Part shown: positions 39,815 to 49,263 of the stretch, one piece after another
Layout: each line of letters begins with the position of its first letter
Numbering within the stretch: position 1 is the first letter of the stretch
From: an uncultured Colwellia sp.
GTDB lineage: Bacteria; Pseudomonadota; Gammaproteobacteria; Enterobacterales; Alteromonadaceae
Assembly: GCA_913058405.1 (NCBI GenBank)
Contig: CAJXRC010000002.1
Span: forward strand, 2,932-66,931
DNA length: 64,000 nucleotides
Reading direction: 5' to 3'
Notes under the pieces: generated by a model
Databases searched by the model: none
What the model saw: the letters and a program-made list of their open reading frames with translations, nothing else
Told to the model about the DNA's origin: nothing
Made by a program: the position numbers and the translations under genes

Positions 39815-41197
39815 TTAGTTACGAAAGAACACTGTATTCTTTTGCACTAAAATATTTGGTTGTTCGACTGCTTGGATGATGAAATCAAAGTTAGTGATTT
39901 TTTTCTCAAGCTGATAACCATCTAACGCAATGGTGACAGGGATCTCTTCCATCACTCCGGCGCCAATGCGTACATTTTCAGGCAGGTTTATTTTCGTGTC
40001 GCTTAAATTCTTAACCTTGATATTAAAGTGCAAAGGTTGCTGCGTTTTATTCAGAATTTTTAAGGTATAGGTGTTTTCAACTATGCCTTCATAATTAACA
40101 CGGAACAGTGCAGTTCTATCACGAATAATATTCGCTTCTAACGGAATTCTGCTATCTATCCAAATGCCTAATAACAGGATAAACATCAAAGTTAAACCCG
40201 CGTAAGAAACGAGTTTCAAATTAAATCGGCTACTTTCTTTGCCAGCGAGCTGTTGTTCGCTGGTATATCTAATCAAACCTTTAGGGTAGTTAAACTTCTC
40301 CATGGTTTGATCACATGCATCAATACATAGTCCACAGTTAATACACTCGTACTGAATTCCGTTACGGATATCTATTCCTGCTGGGCAAACATCGACACAT
40401 AAATTACAGTCGACACAATCACCTAGACCAAGGGCTTTGGGATCATCTTTGCGTTTACGTGGGGCTCTATTTTCACCACGTTTAGCATCATAGGCAACCA
40501 AGAGTGTATTTTTATCAAACATGGCTGACTGAAAACGTGAGTAAGGGCATAAATGAATGCAAACATGTTCTCTCATCCAACCTGCATTACCGTAAGTCGC
40601 TAAGGCAAAAAATAGTACCCAAAAAGTGACCGCACCGCTCCAGTCGAACGTTAGCATAGTGCTATATAACTCACTGACAGGAACGAAGTATGAGATAAAG
40701 GTTGTCGCAGTAAATAACGACATCAATTGCCAAATGATATGTTTAAGTGTTTTTTTGTAAGCTTTACTCAGGGTCCATGGGGCTTTATCTAGAGCCATTC
40801 GTTTGTTGCGAGTACCCTCAATTCTGTGCTCAACCCAAACATAGGCGAGTGTCCAAACAGTTTGTGGGCAAACATAGCCACACCAAACGCGTCCGAGCCA
40901 AGTAGTGACAAAAAACAGTGCAAAAGCTGCCACCATAAGAATACCAGCGAGTAAGATAAAATCTTGTGGCCAGAAAGTGAGGTTAAAAATTCTAAACTCT
41001 TGTTTCACTACATCCAGTAAAACGGCTTGTTGATCGTTAAATTGCACAAAAGGCAAGGCAATAAAAGCCAACATAAGTAGCCAGTTAATATAACGACGTA
41101 TTTTTTGATAGAAGCCTTTTTGCTCTCTCACATACACAGATGTTTGAGATTTATATGGCTTAATAATGAGGTGCTCTTCTTTGATATCAAACTTCAT
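39815..41197 (-). CDS. ccoG: CcoG/FixG/RdxA-family membrane-bound 4Fe-4S ferredoxin
   Basis: CGYVCPQ and CIHLCPYSRFQ motifs, two ferredoxin motifs (CVDCNLCVDVCP and CINCGLCIDAC), TM helices and a C-terminal Ig-like domain. Confidence 0.85.
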   Translation of the reverse strand: MKFDIKEEHLIIKPYKSQTSVYVREQKGFYQKIRRYINWLLMLAFIALPFVQFNDQQAVLLDVVKQEFRIFNLTFWPQDFILLAGILMVAAFALFFVTTWLGRVWCGYVCPQTVWTLAYVWVEHRIEGTRNKRMALDKAPWTLSKAYKKTLKHIIWQLMSLFTATTFISYFVPVSELYSTMLTFDWSGAVTFWVLFFALATYGNAGWMREHVCIHLCPYSRFQSAMFDKNTLLVAYDAKRGENRAPRKRKDDPKALGLGDCVDCNLCVDVCPAGIDIRNGIQYECINCGLCIDACDQTMEKFNYPKGLIRYTSEQQLAGKESSRFNLKLVSYAGLTLMFILLLGIWIDSRIPLEANIIRDRTALFRVNYEGIVENTYTLKILNKTQQPLHFNIKVKNLSDTKINLPENVRIGAGVMEEIPVTIALDGYQLEKKITNFDFIIQAVEQPNILVQKNTVFFRN

Positions 41198-41234
41198 AAA
41201 TTACTACAGGGTCATAATTAAGTAATTACTCTAT

Positions 41235-41250
41235 ATCAATAATCACGCCA
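41235..41250 (-). promoter_or_regulatory. Weak candidate sigma-54 (-24/-12) promoter for the ccoG-like operon
   Basis: The minus strand reads TGGCGTG-atta-TTGAT with correct GG..N10..(G) spacing, but the -12 element is GA instead of GC. It lies ~40 nt upstream of the ccoG-like ATG and ~65-95 nt from the palindromes. Confidence 0.3.
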
Positions 41251-41313
41251 CAAAGTTACTTAATTAAGCTATTGTATTTAATGGATAAAATAAAGAAGGG
41301 AATTGTGTGATAG

Positions 41314-41345
41314 CACGATATATCGTGTTGGCGCGATATATCGTG
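41314..41345. promoter_or_regulatory. Two tandem 14-bp palindromes (candidate enhancer-binding-protein sites)
   Basis: CACGATATATCGTG (41314-41327) and CGCGATATATCGTG (41332-41345), with centres 18 bp apart. They lie between the activator gene stop and the ccoG-like start. Confidence 0.6.
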
Positions 41346-41378
41346 TATTTTTGGGGGTTATTGACAAAGGAGACAGGT

Positions 41379-42803
41379 TTAGCTTCGCTGTATTTTTAGC
41401 TTTATCATTCGCGATCGTAGTGTGCTATCAGGTAAGCCAAGTATTTTTGCTGCACCATTTTTACCACCAATTCGCCAGTTACAGTCGTTGAGTACTTCAA
41501 TGATGTAGGCTTTTTCAATGTCGGCCAAGGGTTTGTTAAATGAGCGAACAACAGATTGTGATTTATCAAATTTTTGTTGGATATGCAAAGTTGTTGAGGT
41601 GGTTAAAATAACCTCACGCTCAAGAATATTTTGCAGCTCTCTAATATTCCCAGGCCAATGATAACTTGCCAACTTGTTTAAGCTATGTTTACTTATGCTT
41701 TTGATATCTTTATTAAGTTTAGTATTGAGTTGGGCTAAAATACTGTGACAAAGTAAAGGGATATCTTCTATTCTCTCTCTTAATGCAGGCATAACAATAG
41801 GGAATACATTCAAGCGATAATACAAGTCCATTCTAAACTTACCTTGCTCAACCATGGCAAGTAAATCTTGGTTGGTAGCGGCAATAATACGAATATCTAC
41901 CTTTATCGTTTTACTACCACCCACACGCTCAAATTCACGCTCCTGTAAAACACGTAACAATTTACTTTGTGCGTCGGGAGAAAGCTCACCTATCTCATCT
42001 AAAAATAATGTGCCTTTATCGGCAAGTTCGAAACGGCCCCGTCTTTTTTCACTTGCGCCGGTAAATGCGCCCTTTTCGTGACCAAAAAGTTCAGACTCGA
42101 GTAAATTTGATGAGAAGGCTGCGCAGTTCACTTTGACTAAAGGGGTATTGTGACGCTGACTCAATTGGTGCAAATTACGTGCGACAAGCTCTTTACCTGT
42201 TCCATTTTCACCTAAGATAAGTACGGTACTGTCTGTTTGAGCAACCAGTTTTATTTGCTGTAACATGGCTAAAAATTTTGGACTGTTCCCTTCTAATCCT
42301 GAACCATGCCAATTTTCATTTATTTCTTCTTGCAAATAGCTATTTTCCGCCTGCAGTTTTTCGGTGAGGTCTTGTACTTTTTTCAAGGCCGCTCGTAAAT
42401 TGCTATCGGCTAGTCTTTGTTGGCTAACATCACGGAAAACAGCAACTGCACCTATGAGCTCCCCGTCTTTAAATACGGGGGTTGAGGTATATTCTACAGG
42501 GAAGCTTGAACCATCTTTTCGCCAAAATACTTCATCGGTAATTTTACGTTCTACTCCGTCACGCATGGTATTATAAATACTGCACTCTTCACTGGGATAT
42601 ACTTCACCATTAGCGTAGGTATGATGATGATATTTATGGATATTTTTACCTAGTAATTCTTCAGATTTCCAACCGGTCATTTGCTCCGAGGCTGGATTTA
42701 CAAACACAGCATTCCCGTCTCTATCAAAACCGTAAACACCTTCACCAACGGCATTGAGAAGTAGTTGTGAGTCAGCTAAAAATTCTTTTATATTTACGGG
42801 CAT
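41379..42803 (-). CDS. Sigma-54-dependent transcriptional activator with an N-terminal PAS domain
   Basis: PAS-like N-terminus, then an AAA+ domain with Walker A GENGTGKE and the diagnostic GAFTGA loop, then a C-terminal Fis-type HTH (AAKILGLPDSTLRSRM). The start is set at MPVNIKE because the upstream extension overlaps a third palindrome. Confidence 0.9.
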   Translation of the reverse strand: MPVNIKEFLADSQLLLNAVGEGVYGFDRDGNAVFVNPASEQMTGWKSEELLGKNIHKYHHHTYANGEVYPSEECSIYNTMRDGVERKITDEVFWRKDGSSFPVEYTSTPVFKDGELIGAVAVFRDVSQQRLADSNLRAALKKVQDLTEKLQAENSYLQEEINENWHGSGLEGNSPKFLAMLQQIKLVAQTDSTVLILGENGTGKELVARNLHQLSQRHNTPLVKVNCAAFSSNLLESELFGHEKGAFTGASEKRRGRFELADKGTLFLDEIGELSPDAQSKLLRVLQEREFERVGGSKTIKVDIRIIAATNQDLLAMVEQGKFRMDLYYRLNVFPIVMPALRERIEDIPLLCHSILAQLNTKLNKDIKSISKHSLNKLASYHWPGNIRELQNILEREVILTTSTTLHIQQKFDKSQSVVRSFNKPLADIEKAYIIEVLNDCNWRIGGKNGAAKILGLPDSTLRSRMIKLKIQRS

Positions 42804-42833
42804 ACCTTGATTTCTCTTGATAAAAAGCAGATG

Positions 42834-42847
42834 CACGACATATCGTG
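42834..42847. promoter_or_regulatory. Third copy of the palindrome, upstream of the activator gene
   Basis: CACGACATATCGTG, 31 nt upstream of the proposed start codon of the sigma-54 activator. Confidence 0.5.
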
Positions 42848-43513
42848 GCGTGGTGGTAGCTTATCAGGTATAAGGAAAAAAATCTGGCGGGAGATCAAGA
42901 AAGTGCTCGTATAACAGCGCGTCTTTAAAAAGAACTAGTATGCTTTTTCCTGTTTAGATGCAAATTTTAATTCAAGTATAAGCAATATGCAGGAAGTAAA
43001 AAATACTAAGTGAACAGGTAGTAATGGTAATACTAATATTCTGTTGAGTAGTATTTCCTTAGGCTGCGCAGTAGTCGCCGCACTAAAACGTTTTACTCTC
43101 TTTAAAAAAAGCGAACAAAATTTAACCCTGAGAGATCAACAGCCCTTAATTTTTTATCGACATTAATTTGATTTAAATCAATCATTTGTTAATTTATGCA
43201 TTTATATTACATATATCAGAAACACTATGATTTTTGAATTACATTCTTGTGTTCAAGTATTCTCGGTACTTAGCTAGTTAACCCTATTAAATAAAAAATA
43301 ATCTACCGCAGACTTTTAAATAATGGAGCATAATTCACAAAGTGGAGAGCTTCCTTTAATGACAAAAATAGCTGCTGTTGTTGATATTTTTATTAGGTTT
43401 ATCGAGGCAAAAATTAGATACCCTTCTCGTCATAAATTAACTATCAATAGGTAATTACGATGAAAACAGTAGAGTACAAGTGTTTCATCTTCCATCATTA
43501 AATAGATAAAAAA

Positions 43514-44770
43514 ATGACTAATAATAAACAGAATTCAATAAACAGCTTTGGTAATAATGTGGAAGCTATTGCCAAAAGTCCAGATACTAAAGAACAAGGT
43601 AGCAAGAGCCCAAACAGTGACGAGCGAAGAAAAAACTCAAAAGATTCAGCATTATTCAATTCTCATTTTACCGTCGACCGGCATGCGTTAAGTGATTTGA
43701 TCTCAACGAAATTACATTCAGACGATTTTATTGCCACGCGTACTAGTTACATCACTATTCGCCTCTGGTTTATGTGCATGTTTTTTGCTTTGTCTGTGCC
43801 CATATTTTCTGGCTTTGATTTTGTATTGTTTCCCAATAGCGAAGCGTTAGACCTTCTTGTTGCGCGAGTTGTCCTATCGTTATCATTATTTTCATTAGCG
43901 TACTTATTAAAAGTTCGTGCGCGGGTGAATACTGTGCGTTTAGTCATGCCGCTGGCTTTTTTAGCACCGATGATTTTTTATGTTGCCAGCATGATCATTG
44001 TTATTGACCTGCCTAAAGGTGAAATACCGAGTATTTTTGCCATGCTGCCTTATTTTATATTGGCTATGTTAGGTTTGTTTCCTTTAACAATTAGTGGTGG
44101 AGTTATTGTTGTTGTTTGTATTTTAATTCCTTTTATCAGCTACGAAATATTCTTTGTTCAGCAATCTATATGGTTACTTGTTAATAGCATTTGGCTATTT
44201 TTCTTATTTGCAGGCATAAGTTTATGGTTACAAGTGGGCCAACTATCTATGTTGATGAAGCTCTATAGAGAGTCAACAGTTGACCCTTTAACCAAGTTAA
44301 TTAATCGACGAGTATTATTAAGGTTGGCACAACGAAGTAATGAGGGTCATCAAGTTTACTCACTTATTATGTTTGATTTAGACCGCTTTAAGCGAATTAA
44401 TGATAATCATGGTCATGCGGTTGGTGACAGGGTACTTGTTAATGTCGCTAAAGTTATTCAAGAAGAACTACGAACGACAGACATTGTTGCACGTTTTGGT
44501 GGTGAGGAATTTGTCGCAGTGTTACCTAATATTGAACTTAGCGATGCTAAAAATATTGCGAATAGGGTTGCGTTAAGTATTAGCCGCCAATCAATTACAT
44601 TAGATGATGATGCCGAGCTTAAGATCACCTCAAGTGTTGGAGTTACCCAAAGACGACAAGGTGAAACATTAGATGAAACATTAAAGCGTGCTGATGACTT
44701 ACTCTATTTTGCAAAAAATAATGGACGAGACCAAGTGATTTGCGATGATGATTTCAGCCAAGCTGTTTAA
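43514..44770 (+). CDS. Membrane-bound diguanylate cyclase (multi-TM N-terminal sensor + GGDEF)
   Basis: ~6 TM segments followed by a GGEEF active site (RFGGEEF) with an RxxD I-site (RTTD), plus DLDRFKRIND. Confidence 0.9.
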   Translation: MTNNKQNSINSFGNNVEAIAKSPDTKEQGSKSPNSDERRKNSKDSALFNSHFTVDRHALSDLISTKLHSDDFIATRTSYITIRLWFMCMFFALSVPIFSGFDFVLFPNSEALDLLVARVVLSLSLFSLAYLLKVRARVNTVRLVMPLAFLAPMIFYVASMIIVIDLPKGEIPSIFAMLPYFILAMLGLFPLTISGGVIVVVCILIPFISYEIFFVQQSIWLLVNSIWLFFLFAGISLWLQVGQLSMLMKLYRESTVDPLTKLINRRVLLRLAQRSNEGHQVYSLIMFDLDRFKRINDNHGHAVGDRVLVNVAKVIQEELRTTDIVARFGGEEFVAVLPNIELSDAKNIANRVALSISRQSITLDDDAELKITSSVGVTQRRQGETLDETLKRADDLLYFAKNNGRDQVICDDDFSQAV

Positions 44771-44786
44771 ATCTAAATACTGTGAT

Positions 44787-44823
44787 GATTCATCATTAAG
44801 GAATAACCCTTAATGATGAATCA
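44787..44823. terminator. Long perfect hairpin between convergent genes
   Basis: tgattcatcattaagg / ccttaatgatgaatca: a 16-bp perfect stem with a 6-nt loop and no strong U-tract. Confidence 0.5.
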
Positions 44824-44932
44824 TGCCTTGAATTCGTCTCCTACCCGAGATCTGAAACATGTATTTTCAAGTCGTTTGGGTATATAAGGAAACAGAGAAC
44901 TCAGCATCTTGTTGAGTTCTTTGTAATCGTTA

Positions 44933-45910
44933 TTACTGTTTATTTAAAGCTGATAATTCTTTTTTAGCTAAAAAATTATCCATTTTTGAACGTAAGAGTT
45001 TGTACAACAAAATAGAACCGTCTATTTCTTCTTTACGATTGGTTAAGCTCTCAATATTTAAACCTAACGGTAAATCATAGGGAAGTATCGAATCTAAGAT
45101 TTGTTGTAAACTATTGACACAAAACTGAATTGATTCATATAAAGGGCTCTGTGCGTTAAGAATACGTAAGCTGGTCGCCTCAGGAACATTAACACCTAAC
45201 CACTCAATAAATTCTAAGGTTTTTTCACTACCACAGGGAGAGAATGTTAAGATCAATCGTTGCGGTTTTACACCTTGTTTTTGACATTCAATAGCATAAC
45301 GGGTAAGTAAATCTATTGTTGCTTGTGGGTTGTATATCGCTTGCGAAATAAAGAAACTACAGCCCTGTTGGTGTTTCGCCATTAAGCGCTCATGTTCATT
45401 TTTATTGCTCGCATGACGCTCAGCAATTGTCACGCCACCAATAAAGAAATCATGCGGGTTATCTACCAGCGTTTTATAAGCATCAGCCAAAGATAAAGAT
45501 ATTTTATTATCCTTTGATGGACTGCCGACCAATACTACATCTTTTACGCCATACTTTTGCCACGCTTCGTTTGCCCATTCATTGAAATCATCGCTATTTG
45601 ATTGAACAACACTTTTATAAGTAATGACGGGGCGAGTTGATTTTTTATTCAATAAAGAAGAATAAAGTCGAGTATCATGAGTTGATTTAAACGGGAAAGG
45701 TCGAGGTTTGCTAATACGCGAATTTTCATCTTGAATGTCATAAACAATCAGGCCATCAAAGTCGATATCACTGACGCGATCAAGCAGTTTTTCCGCAATT
45801 TCGGTCACTTTATCAAGTGGGGTATCACTTTTAGGTGGCGTGGTACCAATAAAGTAGACGCCTCGATAAATATCATTGTACCTGGCTTGAAGCTCTGATT
45901 GTGTGCTCAA
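44933..45910 (-). CDS. Methylenetetrahydrofolate-reductase-fold protein (divergent MetF-like)
   Basis: By eye, blocks are collinear with E. coli MetF: FIGTTPPKS ~ FEFFPPRT, VVLVGSP ~ IVALRGD, GGVTIAERH ~ VAAYPEVH, FFISQAIYN ~ AITQFFFD. Identity is low. Confidence 0.45.
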   Translation of the reverse strand: MSTQSELQARYNDIYRGVYFIGTTPPKSDTPLDKVTEIAEKLLDRVSDIDFDGLIVYDIQDENSRISKPRPFPFKSTHDTRLYSSLLNKKSTRPVITYKSVVQSNSDDFNEWANEAWQKYGVKDVVLVGSPSKDNKISLSLADAYKTLVDNPHDFFIGGVTIAERHASNKNEHERLMAKHQQGCSFFISQAIYNPQATIDLLTRYAIECQKQGVKPQRLILTFSPCGSEKTLEFIEWLGVNVPEATSLRILNAQSPLYESIQFCVNSLQQILDSILPYDLPLGLNIESLTNRKEEIDGSILLYKLLRSKMDNFLAKKELSALNKQ

Positions 45911-46393
45911 AATATTTCTCTTACTTTCTTTGGACGTTTAGATGGCTATATGTTCTTTCAATTAGCTTCTTTTGTCAACCATTGAGTGCCGGATAAGTTG
46001 AAATATTATTCACTTTGTAGAAAAAGCGGATGTTTTTCATGCCCTAAAAATGTTGTTTTTTCTTTGTTTTAGTATTTAAATTCAGTGGATTAGTTTATTT
46101 ATATTGCCGAGACTTGTATGGACTCTCGCTGCAATCTTGAGTTAAAAAGCTAGCGATTTTAACTCTCTTATTTATGCTGAGATGCCCAATAGCAAGTTTA
46201 TAGGTTTAGATGAGAATAATATTAATAGAGCTTTGAATAGGGAGTTGATTTTATAAAGCTGGAAGAGGGCATTTCCAACTAAGTAGCAGGTTTACCTTTA
46301 AGATAATGCAGGAGTTAAATCTATCCCCCTACATTCACTTAAATTAATAGCCTATTCTCTGCGTTTTCAGATGCATCTTAGTGACAGAGAATC

Positions 46394-48646
46394 CTAAACG
46401 GCAAAAACTTTATTCACAGGCAAATCACGTATCCTAGTTTTGCTAGCATGGTAAATTGCATTCGTAATGCTTGGTGCTACTGGGGGCACACCAGGCTCAC
46501 CAATTCCTCCAGGAGGTGCGTCAGACTCAACAATATGCACATGTAATTCAGGTACTTGATTCATACGAGTCACGGGGTAATCATGAAAGTTACTTTGTTG
46601 AACTTTGCCTTCTTCTACTGTTATCTCTCCCATTAAGGCAATAGATAGGCCAAATATCATAGCACCTTCCATTTGTGCTTTAACTCTATCAGGGGTTACA
46701 ACAATGCCGCAATCTACCGCAGTATGCATTTCAAGTACTGTGACTTTATTGTTTACCACTTCAACCTTGGTGGCAGCGGCAACAAAAGAGCCGAAACTGC
46801 GCAAGAAGCTTATACCCCAACCTTGGTTTTCAGGTAATTCTTGCTCAACCTCAGCTTTATCACTGATTAAGTTGATGAGATCTTTCATGCGCTTAGTATC
46901 AACAGGGTGATCTGTTAGTGCTAAATTATAATTAGAGTACTTGAAACCATTTTTATTTGGGTCTACATGGCGATCATCACCCAACAAGTTAAGCCACATT
47001 TGCCTGGTAGGCAGTTTTGCTTTTACTGCTAATTCATCGACAAAAGAACCCAAGGCGAAGCCGTTATTGATACAGGCTACTGAACGTACCCAGCCAGGTC
47101 GGACAAAAGAATCGACCGCATGTTTTTCGATACTCAAATTATTTAAAGCGAAAGGAATATCACCAAAACCCAAGGCGAGTTGATCATCACTCGGCATTTT
47201 AGCTTCAGGATTCCACAGCCAGCCAATCGGTGGATAAGCGTTACGGCTTACCCAGTAATCTGCGCTACCCTTACCGTTTAACTCAGCTTTACAGTAATTG
47301 GCTGAAATAGAATGGTAGAATCCATGCTGGATGTCATCCTCGCGACTCCAAATGACTTTTACCGGGCGCTTACTCGCTCTGGCTAATTCAACCGCTTCAA
47401 TAATAAAATCGGCTTTTGATTTTCGACCAAACGCGCCACCCATGAGTGTGACATTGAGCTCAATATTATCCTGCTCTTCCTTGCCTAGACCTAACTCTTT
47501 AGCGACGTTGCTTTTAGCCCATTGTGGATTTTGTGTTCCAGCCCAAATAGTGCACTTTTTACCTTTGACTATTGCGGTTGCAGCAGGTGTTTCCATCGGT
47601 GCATGATGGATGTACGGGACTGTGTAGGTTGCTTCTATCGTATTTTTATCATGATATTTATGGCTATAAATATCTCCTTTTTTGGCAACCGTTTCGCCTT
47701 GTTGATTTACTTGTTTCGCAAGTTGTTTAATAAACTTGCTGCTGTTGTGAGACGCTTTTTCACCATCTTGCCATTTGATTTTTAGCTTCTTACGTCCTTC
47801 AATTGCAGCCCAGGTATTATTGGCAAGTACCGCAACACCTGATAATGGGTTGGTGGTAACAGGAATACTACGTGGTTTTAATGCTATAACATCAACCACA
47901 CCCTTTACTTTTAGGGCGTCACTGGCATCGAAAGATACTAGGTTACCTCCGACTACAGGTGGTCTTACAATAGTTGCAATAAGCATATTATCTAGCTGAA
48001 TGTCTTGCGCGTATTGCGCTTTACCGGCAACAATATTATCTAAATCGACCAGTTTGACATCTTTACCAATGAGAGAGAAATTGGCGCTGCTTTTTAATTT
48101 TACTGTGGTGCTATCCGGTGGGGTAAGTTTGGTGGCGTGACTGGCAAGTTCGCCAAAGCTAATTTTTTCGCCAGTAGCAGTATGAACAACATAATGGTTT
48201 TCTGCTTTGACACTGTTACGTTGTACTTGCCAAATATTAGCGGCAGCTTGTTCTAACATATCACGGGCTACAGCGCCGATTTGGCGAATACTGGTGAAAT
48301 GACTACGAATAGAAGCTGAGCCTGCTGTGCCCTGAGAGCCATATTTTGCATCTGCTTTAGCTTGAACAACATTGACTTTAAGCCAATCGGCCTCTAATTC
48401 TTCAGCAATAATTTGCGGTACACTGGTGCGGATACCTTGACCCATTTCACTGCGATGACACACTAATGTCACCATAGAGTCGCTGGCAATACTCACAAAG
48501 AAGTTTAATTCATGGCTAAGTCCTGCGGCAGAAGACTTCGCTTGCGCTGAAGCAATAGGCAAGTTCATGCCTAATACAAAGGTGCCGCTTGAGATCCCTG
48601 CAACTTTTAGGAAACCACGACGACTTACGTTTTCAATAGCATTCAT
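46394..48646 (-). CDS. Molybdopterin-binding large subunit of a xanthine dehydrogenase-family hydroxylase (IorB / aldehyde oxidoreductase-like), Tat-exported
   Basis: Twin-arginine signal SRRGFLKVAG. 750 aa, immediately downstream of the 2Fe-2S subunit. MGQG and GGAFGRK motifs. Confidence 0.85.
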   Translation of the reverse strand: MNAIENVSRRGFLKVAGISSGTFVLGMNLPIASAQAKSSAAGLSHELNFFVSIASDSMVTLVCHRSEMGQGIRTSVPQIIAEELEADWLKVNVVQAKADAKYGSQGTAGSASIRSHFTSIRQIGAVARDMLEQAAANIWQVQRNSVKAENHYVVHTATGEKISFGELASHATKLTPPDSTTVKLKSSANFSLIGKDVKLVDLDNIVAGKAQYAQDIQLDNMLIATIVRPPVVGGNLVSFDASDALKVKGVVDVIALKPRSIPVTTNPLSGVAVLANNTWAAIEGRKKLKIKWQDGEKASHNSSKFIKQLAKQVNQQGETVAKKGDIYSHKYHDKNTIEATYTVPYIHHAPMETPAATAIVKGKKCTIWAGTQNPQWAKSNVAKELGLGKEEQDNIELNVTLMGGAFGRKSKADFIIEAVELARASKRPVKVIWSREDDIQHGFYHSISANYCKAELNGKGSADYWVSRNAYPPIGWLWNPEAKMPSDDQLALGFGDIPFALNNLSIEKHAVDSFVRPGWVRSVACINNGFALGSFVDELAVKAKLPTRQMWLNLLGDDRHVDPNKNGFKYSNYNLALTDHPVDTKRMKDLINLISDKAEVEQELPENQGWGISFLRSFGSFVAAATKVEVVNNKVTVLEMHTAVDCGIVVTPDRVKAQMEGAMIFGLSIALMGEITVEEGKVQQSNFHDYPVTRMNQVPELHVHIVESDAPPGGIGEPGVPPVAPSITNAIYHASKTRIRDLPVNKVFAV

Positions 48647-48648
48647 GG

Positions 48649-49194
48649 TTATGCTCCTTGCTTGCTGGCATCAAAAATCTCTACACCACTTTTATTGGCG
48701 GTGGAGTGACTGGCAGATAAATCACTGTTGGATGAATGTGCTGCGGCTGACTTAATGGCGGCTTTGATACGTTGATAAGTACCGCATCGGCAAATATTGC
48801 CTTGCATGTGCTCGATTATTTGCTTATCTGTTGGTTGAGGCGTAGCTTTTAATAATGCCGCTGCACTCATCATTTGACCACTCTGGCAATAGCCACATTG
48901 TGGTACTTTAAATTCACGCCAAGCAACTTGCACAGCACTTTCGCCTAGTTTCCCATTGTTATCCGCTAAGCCTTCGATAGTGGTTATCGCTTGTTCAGCA
49001 ACCGCGGAGATTGGCGTAATACAAGAACGTATGGCGGTGCCATTGAGATGAACCGTACAGGCGCCACATTGTCCTGCGCCGCAGCCAAACTTAGTACCGG
49101 TGAGTTTTAGCTCATCACGCAGGGCGTAAAGCAGTGGCATTTGTGGATCAACATCAAGCTCAACAGGCTTATTGTTTAAGGTAATTTTGATCAT
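48649..49194 (-). CDS. (2Fe-2S)-binding small subunit (IorA/CoxS-like)
   Basis: CGAGQCGACTV and CGYCQSGQ...CRCGTY cluster motifs. Confidence 0.9.
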   Translation of the reverse strand: MIKITLNNKPVELDVDPQMPLLYALRDELKLTGTKFGCGAGQCGACTVHLNGTAIRSCITPISAVAEQAITTIEGLADNNGKLGESAVQVAWREFKVPQCGYCQSGQMMSAAALLKATPQPTDKQIIEHMQGNICRCGTYQRIKAAIKSAAAHSSNSDLSASHSTANKSGVEIFDASKQGA

Positions 49195-49263
49195 ACTGGC
49201 TCCAGGTTTTGACAGTGTGAAGTTATGTTTAACTCATTTTTTGAAAAATAGTGTAGATAGAAA

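Noticed and set aside
42804-42836. Longer start (MHLLFIKRNQG) for the sigma-54 activator
   Set aside because: The extension overlaps the third palindrome and has no RBS. The ATG at 42803 has an aagg-like SD and gives a normal PAS N-terminus.
46605-47999. Run of five plus-strand ORFs antisense to the Mo-hydroxylase large subunit
   Set aside because: They tile the opposite strand of one long, well-supported CDS and have Ser/Thr/Leu/Pro-rich compositions typical of antisense frames. They are not a disrupted gene.
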